A stretch of DNA of 64,000 nt, taken from assembly GCA_963764165.1 (NCBI GenBank), contig CAVXRD010000002.1, positions 960,001 to 1,024,000 on the forward strand, given 5' to 3'. Shown here piece by piece: positions 1-10,522 of this stretch. Below the pieces are notes generated by a model. That model was not told the origin of the DNA. It did no database searches and saw only the letters and a list, made by a program, of their open reading frames with translations. How positions within the stretch are numbered: position 1 is the stretch's first letter; every line of letters starts with the position of its first letter. Origin of the DNA: an uncultured Verrucomicrobiae bacterium. Lineage in GTDB: Bacteria; Verrucomicrobiota; Verrucomicrobiia; Limisphaerales; Palsa-1400. Both the position numbers and the translations under genes were made by a program.

Positions 1-292
1 CCCGGCGGATGGTTTATCACGCCCGAGAAAACGCATCGCGTCAAAAGGTAAGGCATGAGCGCGGATGCGTTTGCCAAACTCCGCCGCGCCCGCAAACCGT
101 TGGGCGCTGACACCGCCAGGGAAATCTCCGCCAATCTCGCCGCCATTGAAAAGGCGGGTGTTCGAGACGGGCTGGGGCTGCAAATGTAGTTTCCCGATCT
201 GGATGCTGGTGCATGCGCTCTTCATATCGAATGTTTCGCCCTGCTTGCTTTTGTCTTGGGAATCTGTTGCCCTTTTCTAGATTTATAAATCC

Positions 293-652
293 ATGGCCAA
301 CGCGCAGCTACATCCGAGATTGCGAATTCTTGTCGGGAAACAAATCGCCTTGGGGCCGGGCAAGGTGAAATTGCTGGAGAAACTCAGCGAAACCGGCTCC
401 ATCACCGCCGCCGCCAAGGAACTCGCCATGTCCTACATGCGCGCCTGGACGCTGATTCGCACGATGAACGCCTGTTTCAAAAAGCCGCTGGTTTCCGCCT
501 CGCACGGCGGGCCACGAGGCGGGGGCGGCGCAAAACTCACAGCCACTGGCAGGAAAGTGCTCCAGTTGTATCGCGAAATGGAACAGCACTCCCTTCGCGC
601 CGCCGATCCTTCATGGAATCAAATTCAAAAGCTGCTCGCAAAGCAATCATGA
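293..652 (+). CDS. Stand-alone ModE-type winged-helix regulator (N-terminal domain of molybdate regulator ModE)
   Basis: ALGPGKVKLLEKLSETGSITAAAKELAMSYMRAW and GGxxGGGAKLT match the ModE N-terminal HTH; no molybdate-binding TOBE domains. Confidence 0.85.
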   Translation: MANAQLHPRLRILVGKQIALGPGKVKLLEKLSETGSITAAAKELAMSYMRAWTLIRTMNACFKKPLVSASHGGPRGGGGAKLTATGRKVLQLYREMEQHSLRAADPSWNQIQKLLAKQS

Positions 653-722
653 TTAATCTTAATAATTAGATAGTGTGATTTAATCCGAGGCAGCAAAGCC
701 CACGCCTGCTTGCGTTTCGCCC

Positions 723-1664
723 ATGATTGGCCGATATTCGGGCGGTGTGAATCTTTCCGTTACGGAATTGACAGACAAACTCATCGCCTCCTACGCCCGG
801 GTCGGAGGCATAAACCATCTTGACGGCAAAAACCTGCCGTCCAAGACTGCCATCTCGTCGATTTCCTGCGATCTGCTCCGCCTCCTTTTTCCCGGTTTCT
901 TCGATGACAAATCCATCCATTCCTCGCAATTGAAAGTCGAGACGGCGACATTGATGGATTCCATTCTCGGCCGCCTGGCGGATGAAATTTACAAAAGCCT
1001 CGAATACGCCGCGCCCGAAAAAAGCATCGACTCGCGCGACACGGCCCGGCTGGCGCATTCCCTGACGCTCGATTTTCTGGGCAATTTGCCGCGCGTGCGC
1101 GACCTTCTGCAAACGGACACCGAAGCCGCCTACCAAGGCGACCCAGCGGCATTGAGCAAGGAGGAAGTAATTGTCGCCTACCCATTCATTGAGGCCATCG
1201 CTGTTCAACGGTTGGCGCACGAGCTGTACCTTCAGCACATACCTCTCATTCCGCGCATTATGACCGAATGGGCGCATGGCCGCACCGGCATCGATTTGCA
1301 TCCGGGCGCCGACATTGGCTCTCATTTCTTCATCGACCACGGCACCGGGACGGTGATTGGCGAGACGGCGACCATCGGCAAACACGTAAAGATGTACCAG
1401 GGCGTCGGGTTAGTGGCCAGATCGCTTTCGGGCGGCCAATCGCTGAAAGGCCAGAAACGACATCCGACCATCGAAGACAACGTCACCATTTATGCCAATG
1501 CCACCATCGTGGGTGGTGAGACGATCATTGGGGCGGGCAGCACGATCGGGGCGAGCGTCTTTTTGACGCATAGCGTCCCCCCGGATTCGCTGGTGACGCA
1601 CGAGAAAAAGGACATAAAGGTGACCAAAAAACAGGATAAAGGCCGAAGCGACTTCCAAATTTAG
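723..1664 (+). CDS. cysE: Serine O-acetyltransferase (CysE/EpsC type)
   Basis: GDPAA, TGIDLHPGADIG, FFIDHGTGTVIGET and KRHPTIEDNVTIYANATI hexapeptide motifs; start may be the GTG at 747. Confidence 0.92.
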   Translation: MIGRYSGGVNLSVTELTDKLIASYARVGGINHLDGKNLPSKTAISSISCDLLRLLFPGFFDDKSIHSSQLKVETATLMDSILGRLADEIYKSLEYAAPEKSIDSRDTARLAHSLTLDFLGNLPRVRDLLQTDTEAAYQGDPAALSKEEVIVAYPFIEAIAVQRLAHELYLQHIPLIPRIMTEWAHGRTGIDLHPGADIGSHFFIDHGTGTVIGETATIGKHVKMYQGVGLVARSLSGGQSLKGQKRHPTIEDNVTIYANATIVGGETIIGAGSTIGASVFLTHSVPPDSLVTHEKKDIKVTKKQDKGRSDFQI

Positions 1665-1720
1665 CATATTGGAGTAACCTCTTCCTGACTTTTCGTGTCT
1701 AAAGAGGAGTGCCAGCAATA

Positions 1721-3283
1721 ATGGACACCATTAGAATATGCCGGTTGTGCAAAGCGCCCATTCCAATGGACGCAGCCGCCACTGCGTGTCCCGAATGCGG
1801 CACCTCCATCACCGCCAATCCGGTGCTGGACCCGCTCGAACCCCAATTGATTGCGCCAACACCGGCGGAACTCTCCCCGTTTTTTCCCGGCCTGGAGATC
1901 CTCGAAGTCGCCGGCCAGGGTGGGATGGGCACCATTTACAAGGCCCGCCAGCCGCAGTTGGATCGCATGGTGGCCCTGAAAGTCCTCTCGCCCGAATTGG
2001 GGCGCGACCCTGCTTTTGCCTTCCGTTTTTCCCGCGAGGCCCAGGCTCTGGCCAAGCTCAATCACACCAATATCGTCAGCGTTTACGATTTTGGCCAGGC
2101 CGGCGGTTACTATTACTTTTTGATGGAATACGTCGACGGCGTCACGCTGCGATCGTTGATGGACCAGAAACAGGTTCCGCCGGAGGAGGCGCACCGGATC
2201 GTTATCGAAGTTTGCCATGCCTTGCAATACGCGCACGATGAAGGAATCGTTCACCGGGACATCAAGCCGTCCAATTTGCTGGTCGACAAAAAGGGCCGGA
2301 TCAAGATTGCCGATTTCGGGCTGGCCAGCTTGATCGAGCGCGATGCGTCGGACATGCGCGATGGCGCGCCAATGATGGTCGTGATGGGCACGCCGCAATA
2401 CATGGCGCCCGAACAAATTCACGATCCGCACAAAGTGGATGGCAGGGCGGATATCTACGCGCTGGGCGTGGTGCTTTACGAGATGTTGACGGGCCATTTG
2501 CCCCGGGAGCCGCTCAAGCTTCCCTCCCAGGCGTCCGCCGCCCATTCGCACCTCGACGAGATCGTTTTGAAGTCGTTGGAAAAGAGGCCCCGCCGGCGTT
2601 ACCGCACGGCCAGTGAATTTCGCTCGGCGGTGGAAACGGCCACCGGGAAGTTTCACAATTTCCCCGGCGACATGCGGCAAGCCAAGCGGCGAAAATGGAA
2701 GTGGCTGCCGCGCTTCGTGATCACCACTGGCGCAATCTGGCTGGTGGTGGTGACGGCGATTTTATTCAAAGATCATTGGGGCGATGAAAAAACAGTGGCG
2801 ATCCCCATCGGCGCGCTGGAAGCGTTTGCGGCCGGACCGGAGGGCAACGGCATCGGGCGCCGCGTGATTACGGATTTGAATTTGAGCCCGATGCAGACCC
2901 AGGACCTGAACCGGATTTTGAAAAAGTACCAACAGGATTTTCATAATCTGGAGCTGCGCCATACCTCGCGTGAAACCAATGCCAACGGCCACGTCGTCGT
3001 GACAATCAAGCCGTTTCCAGACGAGATGGACAAGTTGCTCAACCGCATGTGGGCAACGATGGGCCCCGTCCTGACGTCAAGCCAGTTGGCGGGGGCGCGG
3101 AACTCCCATTTTGAGCGATTTTTTCCTCATAGCGGGCTCCGTCCGGTCATTGTGGAGGTTTGGAAAGACGAAAATTCCGATGACTTCCATTACATCGAAA
3201 AGAGCCCCGGGGCGGCGCCGACGAATGCCAACCCAAACCGCTATCGGGGGTTTATCCGCGACAGCCAGAAAACGAATCATTGA
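1721..3283 (+). CDS. Membrane Hanks-type Ser/Thr protein kinase with N-terminal Zn ribbon and extracytoplasmic C-terminal domain
   Basis: CRLC..CPEC; GQGGMG, VALK, HRDIKPSN, DFG, GTPQYMAPE; TM segment FVITTGAIWLVVVTAILF. Confidence 0.92.
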   Translation: MDTIRICRLCKAPIPMDAAATACPECGTSITANPVLDPLEPQLIAPTPAELSPFFPGLEILEVAGQGGMGTIYKARQPQLDRMVALKVLSPELGRDPAFAFRFSREAQALAKLNHTNIVSVYDFGQAGGYYYFLMEYVDGVTLRSLMDQKQVPPEEAHRIVIEVCHALQYAHDEGIVHRDIKPSNLLVDKKGRIKIADFGLASLIERDASDMRDGAPMMVVMGTPQYMAPEQIHDPHKVDGRADIYALGVVLYEMLTGHLPREPLKLPSQASAAHSHLDEIVLKSLEKRPRRRYRTASEFRSAVETATGKFHNFPGDMRQAKRRKWKWLPRFVITTGAIWLVVVTAILFKDHWGDEKTVAIPIGALEAFAAGPEGNGIGRRVITDLNLSPMQTQDLNRILKKYQQDFHNLELRHTSRETNANGHVVVTIKPFPDEMDKLLNRMWATMGPVLTSSQLAGARNSHFERFFPHSGLRPVIVEVWKDENSDDFHYIEKSPGAAPTNANPNRYRGFIRDSQKTNH

Positions 3284-3287
3284 GGCG

Positions 3288-4451
3288 ATGTTTCAGGAAG
3301 CCGCCATCGAGCATCTCTATGTTCACGTCCCGTTTTGCGCGAAAAAATGCGCCTACTGCGCCTTCTATTCCGAGGCCGGTGATGGCGAATTGATCCAGCG
3401 TTATGTCGATGCGCTCATTGCCGAATTGAAAATGACGGCAGGCGATTTGAATCCAACAACCATTTTTTTCGGCGGCGGCACGCCTTCGCTTTTGAACCTC
3501 CGCCAATGGGAGCAGATTCTGCAAACCATTCAAGCCTTCCCCTGGAATCCCGCGCGGGAATGGACCGTCGAGTGCAATCCCGCCACTGTTTCCCTTGACA
3601 AGGCCCGGCTGCTGCGCGAAGGAGGTGTCAATCGAATTTCCATGGGCGCCCAGTCGTTCGACGAAACGCTGCTGGATAAGCTGGGGCGCGTCCACAGCCG
3701 CGAAATGATTTTCAAATCCTTCAACACCCTGCGCGCCGCCGGCTTCGACAATCTAAACGTCGATCTGATGTTCGCCATCCCCGGCCAGACGATGGAAACA
3801 TGGCGCAAGACATTGGCGGAAGCGCAATCACTCGGCAGCGAGCACATGTCCTGCTATGAAGTGATTTACGAGGAGGACACGCCGCTTTTTGACGAGCTGC
3901 GATCCGGCGCGATCCGCGAGGACGAAGATTTGGCCTGCGCCATGTATGAGGAGCTTCTCGGCGCGATGGCCTCTGGCGGTTTTCGCCAATACGAAGTGGC
4001 GAACTTTGCGAAGCATTCGGGCGCGGGCGATTCGGAAGTTCCAGACCGCGCGTGCCGCCACAATGTCAACTATTGGCGCGGCGGTTCGTTTTACGGTTTG
4101 GGGCCAAGCGCCGCCGGCTATGTGCGCGGCATTCGGACGCGCAATTGGTCCAGCACGAAATTGTATTGCTACCAACTGGAAAGCGGTAAGCGCGCCATCG
4201 AATTCTCAGAGGAACTCCCGCCGCTGGCCCGCGCCGGCGAACTGGCCGCTTTCGGCCTGCGCATGAACGCGGGCTGGCCGCTTGAGCAATTCCGCCGGCG
4301 CACCGGATTTGAGCTGCCCATCGAATGGAAACCGGAAATCGAGCGGATGATCGAGCTTGGCTACGGCAAGTTGAACCGCGATAGATTTCATTTGACAGAC
4401 ATGGGTTTGCGTTACGCGGATTGGGCGGGCTCGGAATTCCTGAGAAGTTAA
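3288..4451 (+). CDS. hemW: Radical SAM heme chaperone HemW (HemN-like)
   Basis: LYVHVPFCAKKCAYCAF (CxxxCxxC), FFGGGTPS, HNVNYW (HNxxYW HemW signature); ATG at 3288 directly follows the kinase stop. Confidence 0.9.
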   Translation: MFQEAAIEHLYVHVPFCAKKCAYCAFYSEAGDGELIQRYVDALIAELKMTAGDLNPTTIFFGGGTPSLLNLRQWEQILQTIQAFPWNPAREWTVECNPATVSLDKARLLREGGVNRISMGAQSFDETLLDKLGRVHSREMIFKSFNTLRAAGFDNLNVDLMFAIPGQTMETWRKTLAEAQSLGSEHMSCYEVIYEEDTPLFDELRSGAIREDEDLACAMYEELLGAMASGGFRQYEVANFAKHSGAGDSEVPDRACRHNVNYWRGGSFYGLGPSAAGYVRGIRTRNWSSTKLYCYQLESGKRAIEFSEELPPLARAGELAAFGLRMNAGWPLEQFRRRTGFELPIEWKPEIERMIELGYGKLNRDRFHLTDMGLRYADWAGSEFLRS

Positions 4452-4452
4452 A

Positions 4453-4933
4453 GGCAGGGACGCTTCTGGGAAGCCGAACTTCGGCCCGAGGCATCCGGGG
4501 TGTGAATTCCCCTTAACGAAATTCGCGCATTAAACCCATGAACTCGATAGGGCGAGGCTCCTGCCGAGCCATGCCTTGCTTGATCTTTGCACGCGTCTCC
4601 GCCGGAGCGCGGCTGTGTCGAAGACCAGCCGCAGCCACGGCAAACGGAGAGGCACGCTGGTGAATTCGAACGCTGCCGCGGCTCGTCTTCGACACAGCCG
4701 TATCTCCGTTTTGGGGTCTGGGTGATCTCCGGCGGAAACGAGTGCAAGTATGCGAAAGGCATGGCTCGGGCAGGAGACCCCAACCAACGAATTGGTGAGA
4801 AGTTTCGACGAACAAATTTCGCCTTTGGTGGTAGGGACGCCTCGCCGAGGCCTCCGGTTGCGCGTGGAAGTTTTTGTGGGCCGCACCGTTCAATGACGCC
4901 TCACCCCGGACGCCTAGGCGAGGCGTCCCTGCC
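4453..4933. repeat. Composite nested array of REP-like palindromes between convergent hemW and tilS
   Basis: GGYAGGGACGCCTCGCCGAGGCGTCC-type copies at 4453, 4830 and inverted at 4897-4933; inverted arms 4548-4607/4727-4781 and 4604-4635/4672-4707. Confidence 0.85.
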
Positions 4934-6298
4934 TTAGCTTTCTGCCCTGCGCCAGTGCCATTTCAGTCTGGACTGTGTCTTCGCGTTCAGTTTAAACAGC
5001 TCGGAAATTCGCAGGCCTTCCACCCAAAAGATCTGCCCATTTTCCGCCTCGGCAACAACAAGGCGATGGCGCTCGTCGCGTGGAATTTTCGCGTTGGCAA
5101 ATAAATCCTGCAACTTTACGCTCGCGGTCATGCCGGTGGGATGAAAACGATCTCCCCGCCGCCAGTGGCGGAGGCGAATGATTCGCCCGACTTTCCCGGC
5201 GTCGAAATACTCCGTGTTGGGCTGCCTCTCCAGTGCTTTGCCGCCCAACTTAACAAAATCCCAGTGAATCGCCAGACTGTCAAATACAGCCGCCCCGCCC
5301 GACGACGCCAATGCCAGCTCAATTTGGCTGCCGGCAAACATTTCACAGTGCCGGATCATTCCATCCGCGCCGCGAACAAATGATTGGTTTAATGCCGCCG
5401 CGACGAGCATTCCGGGATTCAGCCGCAGCGATTCGACAAGCTTGAAATCCGGCGCGCAGCCCAATCCCAGCAATTGACGATGGATGACATTGCGTTGCAC
5501 CGACGCTGGCAATGCGCCGAACCTGGCGCGCCGTTTGGCGAGCAGCCAATCGCAAGCGAGCCCTGCGCTCAACGCCGCATCGTCATTGATCATTTCCATC
5601 AATCCGAGCACGCGTTCTTCGAGGCGCGGTTGATAATCCGCCTTCAATAGCGGAAGCAGTTTGTGACGGATCCGATTTCTGGCGAAATCGAGCGTGGCGT
5701 TTGTTGAATCCTCAGAGAACGCCACTCCGGCCGCTTTGGCCATTCCGCGCAGCGTCTCCTTGGCTTGATCGAGAAATGGGCGAATAAGCGCAATGCGCGA
5801 ATCGGCGGGGGAGTCGCCCGTCCATTGCATTCCACCGAGTCCGCCGCTGCTGGTTCCCCGCAGCAGGCGCAGGAAAAATAGTTCAACTTGATCGTCGGCA
5901 TGATGCGCGACGGCGACGGTGAAGACTCCCAATTTCCGCGCCGTGCGGGCGAAGAATTGGTGGCGCAGATCGCGCCCCGCCATTTCAACAGAGATTCCGC
6001 GCCCTTTGGCGGCTTTCGCAACATCAGCCCGGCCCGCCACGCACCGCAATCCAAGTTTGGCCGCGCTGTTGCGAACGAGCGCTTCGTCCGCGTCCGCCGC
6101 CTTGCCGCGCAAACGATGGTTGAAATGGACAACAACCATTTTCCACTGATGCGCGCTCGAAAGGGAATGCAGGGCATGGAGCAAGAGCATCGAATCCAAG
6201 CCGCCGGAAACCGCAACCAACAGCGATGCGCCATCTCGAAGTAGATTTCGGCCAGCGAGGTTATTTTCGACGCCGCGAAGCCAGCGGCCAAACGGCAT
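4934..6298 (-). CDS. tilS: tRNA(Ile)-lysidine synthase
   Basis: VAVSGGLDSM PP-loop, HFNHRLRG, AHHADDQVE, LIRPFL, RNRIRH, C-terminal RHWRRGDRF; start overlaps upstream stop (TAATG). Confidence 0.93.
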   Translation of the reverse strand: MPFGRWLRGVENNLAGRNLLRDGASLLVAVSGGLDSMLLLHALHSLSSAHQWKMVVVHFNHRLRGKAADADEALVRNSAAKLGLRCVAGRADVAKAAKGRGISVEMAGRDLRHQFFARTARKLGVFTVAVAHHADDQVELFFLRLLRGTSSGGLGGMQWTGDSPADSRIALIRPFLDQAKETLRGMAKAAGVAFSEDSTNATLDFARNRIRHKLLPLLKADYQPRLEERVLGLMEMINDDAALSAGLACDWLLAKRRARFGALPASVQRNVIHRQLLGLGCAPDFKLVESLRLNPGMLVAAALNQSFVRGADGMIRHCEMFAGSQIELALASSGGAAVFDSLAIHWDFVKLGGKALERQPNTEYFDAGKVGRIIRLRHWRRGDRFHPTGMTASVKLQDLFANAKIPRDERHRLVVAEAENGQIFWVEGLRISELFKLNAKTQSRLKWHWRRAES

Positions 6299-7098
6299 TA
6301 AAGCCACGGGCTGGATGTTTCCGAAGGGGCGCCGGTCCAAAGGTTGCGGATCATGGCCCATATTTTGGCGCGAAGAAGATATGCCCGCTTTCTCCAGCCG
6401 CGATGCACAACCGGTTTCATGGCCTCGACTTTTCTGGCGGCGGCATCGACGGCCTTGCGGCAGCACTCGGCGGCGATGGCAAAATCGTATTCCAATTCCG
6501 GGTGATCCTTCAGCAATTCCATCAGCAAATGATAGCCGCGCGAATCGGCGGCGTTGACTTGCGTGGCCGCCACGAAGCATTGCGCCGCCTCGCGATAAAG
6601 CCCGATCCCGGTCAAGGCAATTCCCAAATTCTTGTAGCCGTTGGGCCGGTTCGGATCCATCTGGATGGCGCGGCGGCAATACGGCTCCGCATCGGAGAAG
6701 CGCTCCATGTTATTTAAGCAATAACCGAGGTTGTTATTGATGAAATACCAAGTCCACGTGTGCATCGGCTCCAGCGCCAGGGCTCTCTTGTAGTATCCGG
6801 CGGCGGATGCGAAATTCCCCACTTGTTCCATTGTCTGGCCCATCGTCAGCAGACACTTGGCGCGTTCTTCAAGATCGGACAGGAGGCAATATAACTGCTG
6901 AAGGCGCGTCATCGCCTTGCCGTTTTGGCGGGTCTGCTTGTAAAACAAAGCCAGTTGCCAGAGCGCCGAGGTGGGGTTGTTTTCAGCCTCTTTAAGCTTT
7001 CGAAGCAGGAAGGTCTCCATGTCTTCGTTGGACACCTCCACTAACGGCCCGGTGGGAGGCCGTGGAAATTCAAACCGGAACTTCAGGTCATTTTCCAT
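6298..7098 (-). CDS. Tetratricopeptide repeat protein
   Basis: TPR motifs NNLGYCL..AEPYCRRAIQMDPN and YKNLGIAL..YREAAQCF. Confidence 0.85.
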   Translation of the reverse strand: MENDLKFRFEFPRPPTGPLVEVSNEDMETFLLRKLKEAENNPTSALWQLALFYKQTRQNGKAMTRLQQLYCLLSDLEERAKCLLTMGQTMEQVGNFASAAGYYKRALALEPMHTWTWYFINNNLGYCLNNMERFSDAEPYCRRAIQMDPNRPNGYKNLGIALTGIGLYREAAQCFVAATQVNAADSRGYHLLMELLKDHPELEYDFAIAAECCRKAVDAAARKVEAMKPVVHRGWRKRAYLLRAKIWAMIRNLWTGAPSETSSPWL

Positions 7099-7230
7099 GT
7101 CCAAGAAACATTTCGTGGAATATTGCGCGCAATGCAAGAAGTTTTCAACGTCCCAGCCACTTTTTCACACTCTTGTAAGGGAATAGATTACCGACGCGAC
7201 ACTCCATGCAAAATCGCGTCAATCCCCGGA

Positions 7231-8034
7231 TCACGGAGCCAGGTGCTCCCGGTGCGGCAAATGGTCTCGATTCCATGCTGCGAGCGCGGCATCTGAAGTA
7301 TCGGCAAAAAGATAATCCAGCTTTAAGGCCGCTGTATGACCATCGCAAAAGGCGACGTTGGCGTTGCCAGAATGACGGGTCATTGCCCGGCGCGTGGAGG
7401 CCGTAAAATCATAACCCGCAAAAATGGGTGAAGAGGGCAAAGATCCACCGTTTCGGCGGAACACGGTGCCATCGACAATGACGCCTTGTCCGAAATCGCC
7501 CGTCAAAGCCTCGCCGATCGCCATCATGTCACTGGGCGCCGCAACTTCAGATTCTTTGACGGGCCCTCCATCTCCCCCGAGGCCAATCGGCGGCTGATCC
7601 GGCGGGGCAAGACCTTTGGCATTGTAGCCGTAGGAAGGATACGCCAAACTTGGAGGCAAACCCGCCGGACGCGGCGCCGAAGGGCAAACCCACACCCCCT
7701 CCTGCATATTTGAATAGCCTTCGGACGTGTGAGGGTTAAATCCTGTCTTCATTTCGCGTTCCAGGGCGGCCGCCCAATAAGTGGAATGCTCGCCCGACCA
7801 ATCGTTGGTGGAAGTCCAAATTGGCTGGGGATAGGCGTGATAACTGCTCAGAAATCCCTGCAGGGCCAAGCCAAGTTGGCGTGTGTTATTGGCGCATTGA
7901 GCCTGCTTCGCCTTCCTTTTGGCGGAGGAAAGCGCCGCCAGCAGCAAGGCCGCCAGAATTCCTATAATGGCGACGACAACGAGCAATTCGCTCAGCGTGA
8001 AAGCAGCTTGCCTATATTTTGGGGATGCTCGCAC
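7231..8034 (-). CDS. Prepilin-type N-terminal cleavage/methylation protein with C-terminal H-X9-DG motif (DUF1559-like)
   Basis: A|FTLSELLVVVAIIGILAALLL, QCANNTRQLGLA, WVCPS, RHSGNANVAFCDGH; start (GTG 8034) approximate. Confidence 0.88.
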   Translation of the reverse strand: MRASPKYRQAAFTLSELLVVVAIIGILAALLLAALSSAKRKAKQAQCANNTRQLGLALQGFLSSYHAYPQPIWTSTNDWSGEHSTYWAAALEREMKTGFNPHTSEGYSNMQEGVWVCPSAPRPAGLPPSLAYPSYGYNAKGLAPPDQPPIGLGGDGGPVKESEVAAPSDMMAIGEALTGDFGQGVIVDGTVFRRNGGSLPSSPIFAGYDFTASTRRAMTRHSGNANVAFCDGHTAALKLDYLFADTSDAALAAWNRDHLPHREHLAP

Positions 8035-8380
8035 TTCAAATAGACAGGCTTGAAACCGTTGTGTCACGCGAGGTCCTGATTTCCAGCGCCGCGCGGACGC
8101 GCTCCCGAATGTTACCGATGCGCGCGATCTGTGGCCGATTTTGCCACCGATTATATCGTTGACAATCAACGATGTTGCATTTTTGAAATTATGCGCCTTC
8201 CGCCAAAATTCCGAGAATGAGGCCCGAAGCGCATGGCGCCAGCAGGAGGCTCTTTTCCCGAGTCCGGCCGTTCCAGATTCAATTTTCCGCAACTTTCTCT
8301 TAAAAATCGTGCATCCCCTTCCCGCGCCTTGCCTTGGTCCGTTTCGCGGGTTACTACTTAAACGATCGGTTTCTTGAGAA

Positions 8381-10210
8381 ATGACGAATTCAACTCCAGA
8401 AAATGCCGCGGGAGCGGCCGCACCGGCTCCAGCGCCGGCACCCTCGGATTTTATACGCGACATTGTCGCGGGGCATGTCGCGGAAAAGCGCTATCCTAAA
8501 ATCATCACGCGCTTTCCGCCCGAACCCAATGGCTACCTCCACATCGGCCACGCCAAATCGATTTGCCTGAACTTCGGCATTGCCCGCGAATTTGGCGGCG
8601 TGTGCAATCTGCGCATGGACGATACCAATCCCACCAAGGAGGATGTCGAATACGTCGATTCCATCGTGGCGGACGTCAAGTGGCTCATCAGTGGCTGGGC
8701 CAACGACAAGCTCGGTTTCAAACCGGCGGGCGCGACACCCAAGGCAATCCAAGTCAACGGCAAGGACGATTTTTTGCAGGAATCCGTGACGAATGCGGAC
8801 CCATCGATTGGCGCGAGCGTTGAACCTTTTTACGCCTCGGATTATTTCGACCAAATTTACGCATACGCCGTGCGCCTGATTGAATTGGGCAAGGCTTACG
8901 TCTGCGATCTCTCACCGGAGGACATGGATCGCTATCGCGGCGCGCCGGATCGGCCAGGGCAGGACAGCCCGTTCCGCACGCGTTCGGTCGCGGAAAGCCT
9001 GGATCTTTTCCAGCGCATGAAGGCGGGCGAATTTCCCGATGGCACGCGGACGCTGCGTTCGCGAATCGACATGGCTTCGCCGAACATCTGGCTGCGTGAT
9101 CCCGTTTTGTACCGCATCCGCCATGCAGAACATCATCACACCGGCGGCAAATGGTGCATCTACCCGATGTATGATTTCGCGCATTGCCTGAGCGATTATC
9201 TCGAGGGCATCACGCACAGCATTTGCACGCTGGAATTCGAAGTCCACCGCCCGCTTTACGATTGGATTTTGGAAAACTTGAGCCTGCCGCGCCCGCTGCC
9301 GCACCAATACGAATTTGCCCGCCTCAATCTCAATTACACCGTGATGAGCAAACGGAAATTGCTCCAGCTCGTGAGCGAGAAAATCGTGTTCGGCTGGGAT
9401 GATCCGCGCATGCCAACGATTTCCGGCTTGCGCCGCCGCGGCGTGACGCCCGAGGCGCTGCGCCACTTCGCCTACAACGTCGGCATCACGAAATACAATG
9501 GCGTGACGGACGTGGCTGTCCTGGAGCACGCCATCCGTGAGGATTTAAACAAGCGCGCCTTGCGCCGCCTGGCGGTGCTGCGCCCGATCAAGGTGGTGCT
9601 GACGAATTATCCGGAAGGCAAAACGGAGGCATTGAACGCCGTCAACAATCCGGAAGATCCGAATGCCGGCACGCGCTCAATATCGTTCGGACGCGAACTT
9701 TACATCGACGCGGAAGATTTCATGGAAACACCGCCGCCGAAGTATTTCCGCCTGCGCCCGGGCGGCGAAGTACGCTTGAAATACGCCTACATCATCAAGT
9801 GCGAAGAGGTCGTCAAGGATGCGGCGGGGAAAATTGTGGAATTGCGCTGCACGGCGGATTTGGAAAGCAAAACCGGCGGCGCCACCGCGGCCCGCAAGAT
9901 CAAAGGCACGATCCACTGGGTCAGCGCCGCCCACGCCATCGACGCCGAGGTGCGGATGTATGACCGTTTGTTCACCGTGGCTGAACCGGACGCGGCGGGC
10001 GATTTCAAGAAACATTTGAACCCGCACTCGCTCGAAATTCTGGCTGCCAAATGCGAGCCGAGCCTGGCTGAGGCGGATGCCGAAACGCGCTTTCAATTCG
10101 AGCGCTTGGGTTATTTCGCATTGGACGCGGAGAGTTCGCCAAAGAAGCTGGTCTTCAACCGCACCATTTCGCTGCGCGATGCGTGGGCGAAAGAAATGCA
10201 AAAAGGCTGA
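8381..10210 (+). CDS. glnS: Glutaminyl-tRNA synthetase
   Basis: [18 protein letters not shown] (HIGH), MSKRK (KMSKS equivalent), [18 protein letters not shown]. Confidence 0.97.
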   Translation: MTNSTPENAAGAAAPAPAPAPSDFIRDIVAGHVAEKRYPKIITRFPPEPNGYLHIGHAKSICLNFGIAREFGGVCNLRMDDTNPTKEDVEYVDSIVADVKWLISGWANDKLGFKPAGATPKAIQVNGKDDFLQESVTNADPSIGASVEPFYASDYFDQIYAYAVRLIELGKAYVCDLSPEDMDRYRGAPDRPGQDSPFRTRSVAESLDLFQRMKAGEFPDGTRTLRSRIDMASPNIWLRDPVLYRIRHAEHHHTGGKWCIYPMYDFAHCLSDYLEGITHSICTLEFEVHRPLYDWILENLSLPRPLPHQYEFARLNLNYTVMSKRKLLQLVSEKIVFGWDDPRMPTISGLRRRGVTPEALRHFAYNVGITKYNGVTDVAVLEHAIREDLNKRALRRLAVLRPIKVVLTNYPEGKTEALNAVNNPEDPNAGTRSISFGRELYIDAEDFMETPPPKYFRLRPGGEVRLKYAYIIKCEEVVKDAAGKIVELRCTADLESKTGGATAARKIKGTIHWVSAAHAIDAEVRMYDRLFTVAEPDAAGDFKKHLNPHSLEILAAKCEPSLAEADAETRFQFERLGYFALDAESSPKKLVFNRTISLRDAWAKEMQKG

Positions 10211-10234
10211 CATGATTTCCTGCGACCTGTTTAA

Positions 10235-10481
10235 GGTAGGGACGCCTCGCCGAGGCGTCCAGGGTGAGGCGTTATCCATGCGCAAACACTGGCCCTTTCT
10301 CAATTCGTTAGAATGTGGAACGAAAGCGCCTTCTGATCCCCTCGCCCCGCCCAGCGGGGAGAGGGCTAGGGAGAGGGGAGCCGATTTCAGCTTTGAGAAA
10401 AGTCGAGATCGATTTCTCAGGGCCGGATGCCGCACAACCATTCGCGCCTCACCCCGGACGCCTCGGCGAGGCGTCCCTACC
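10235..10481. repeat. Inverted REP pair enclosing a CCCCTC..GAGGGG-type palindrome
   Basis: GGTAGGGACGCCTCGCCGAGGCGTCCAGGGTGAGGCG (10235-10271) and its reverse complement (10445-10481); internal cccctcgccccg..gggagagggg at about 10338-10378. Confidence 0.88.
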
Positions 10482-10522
10482 TGTTCAGCGGCCTGTTAGG
10501 CCGGGCATTTCCAGGAACACAG

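Noticed and set aside
4513..4937. ORFs over the hemW-tilS, glnS-aminopeptidase and phosphatase-leuD gaps
   Set aside because: Translations of palindromic repeats (recurring TPRRGVP, GRLGEASLP)
6299..6679. Long N-terminal extensions of tilS (to 6679), the prepilin (to 8463), hemW (from 3111) and the aminopeptidase (from 10427)
   Set aside because: They overlap neighbouring genes or REP repeats; downstream starts fit the family N-termini better
8687..8830. Intein in GlnRS
   Set aside because: Too short and lacks C/S...HN splice motifs
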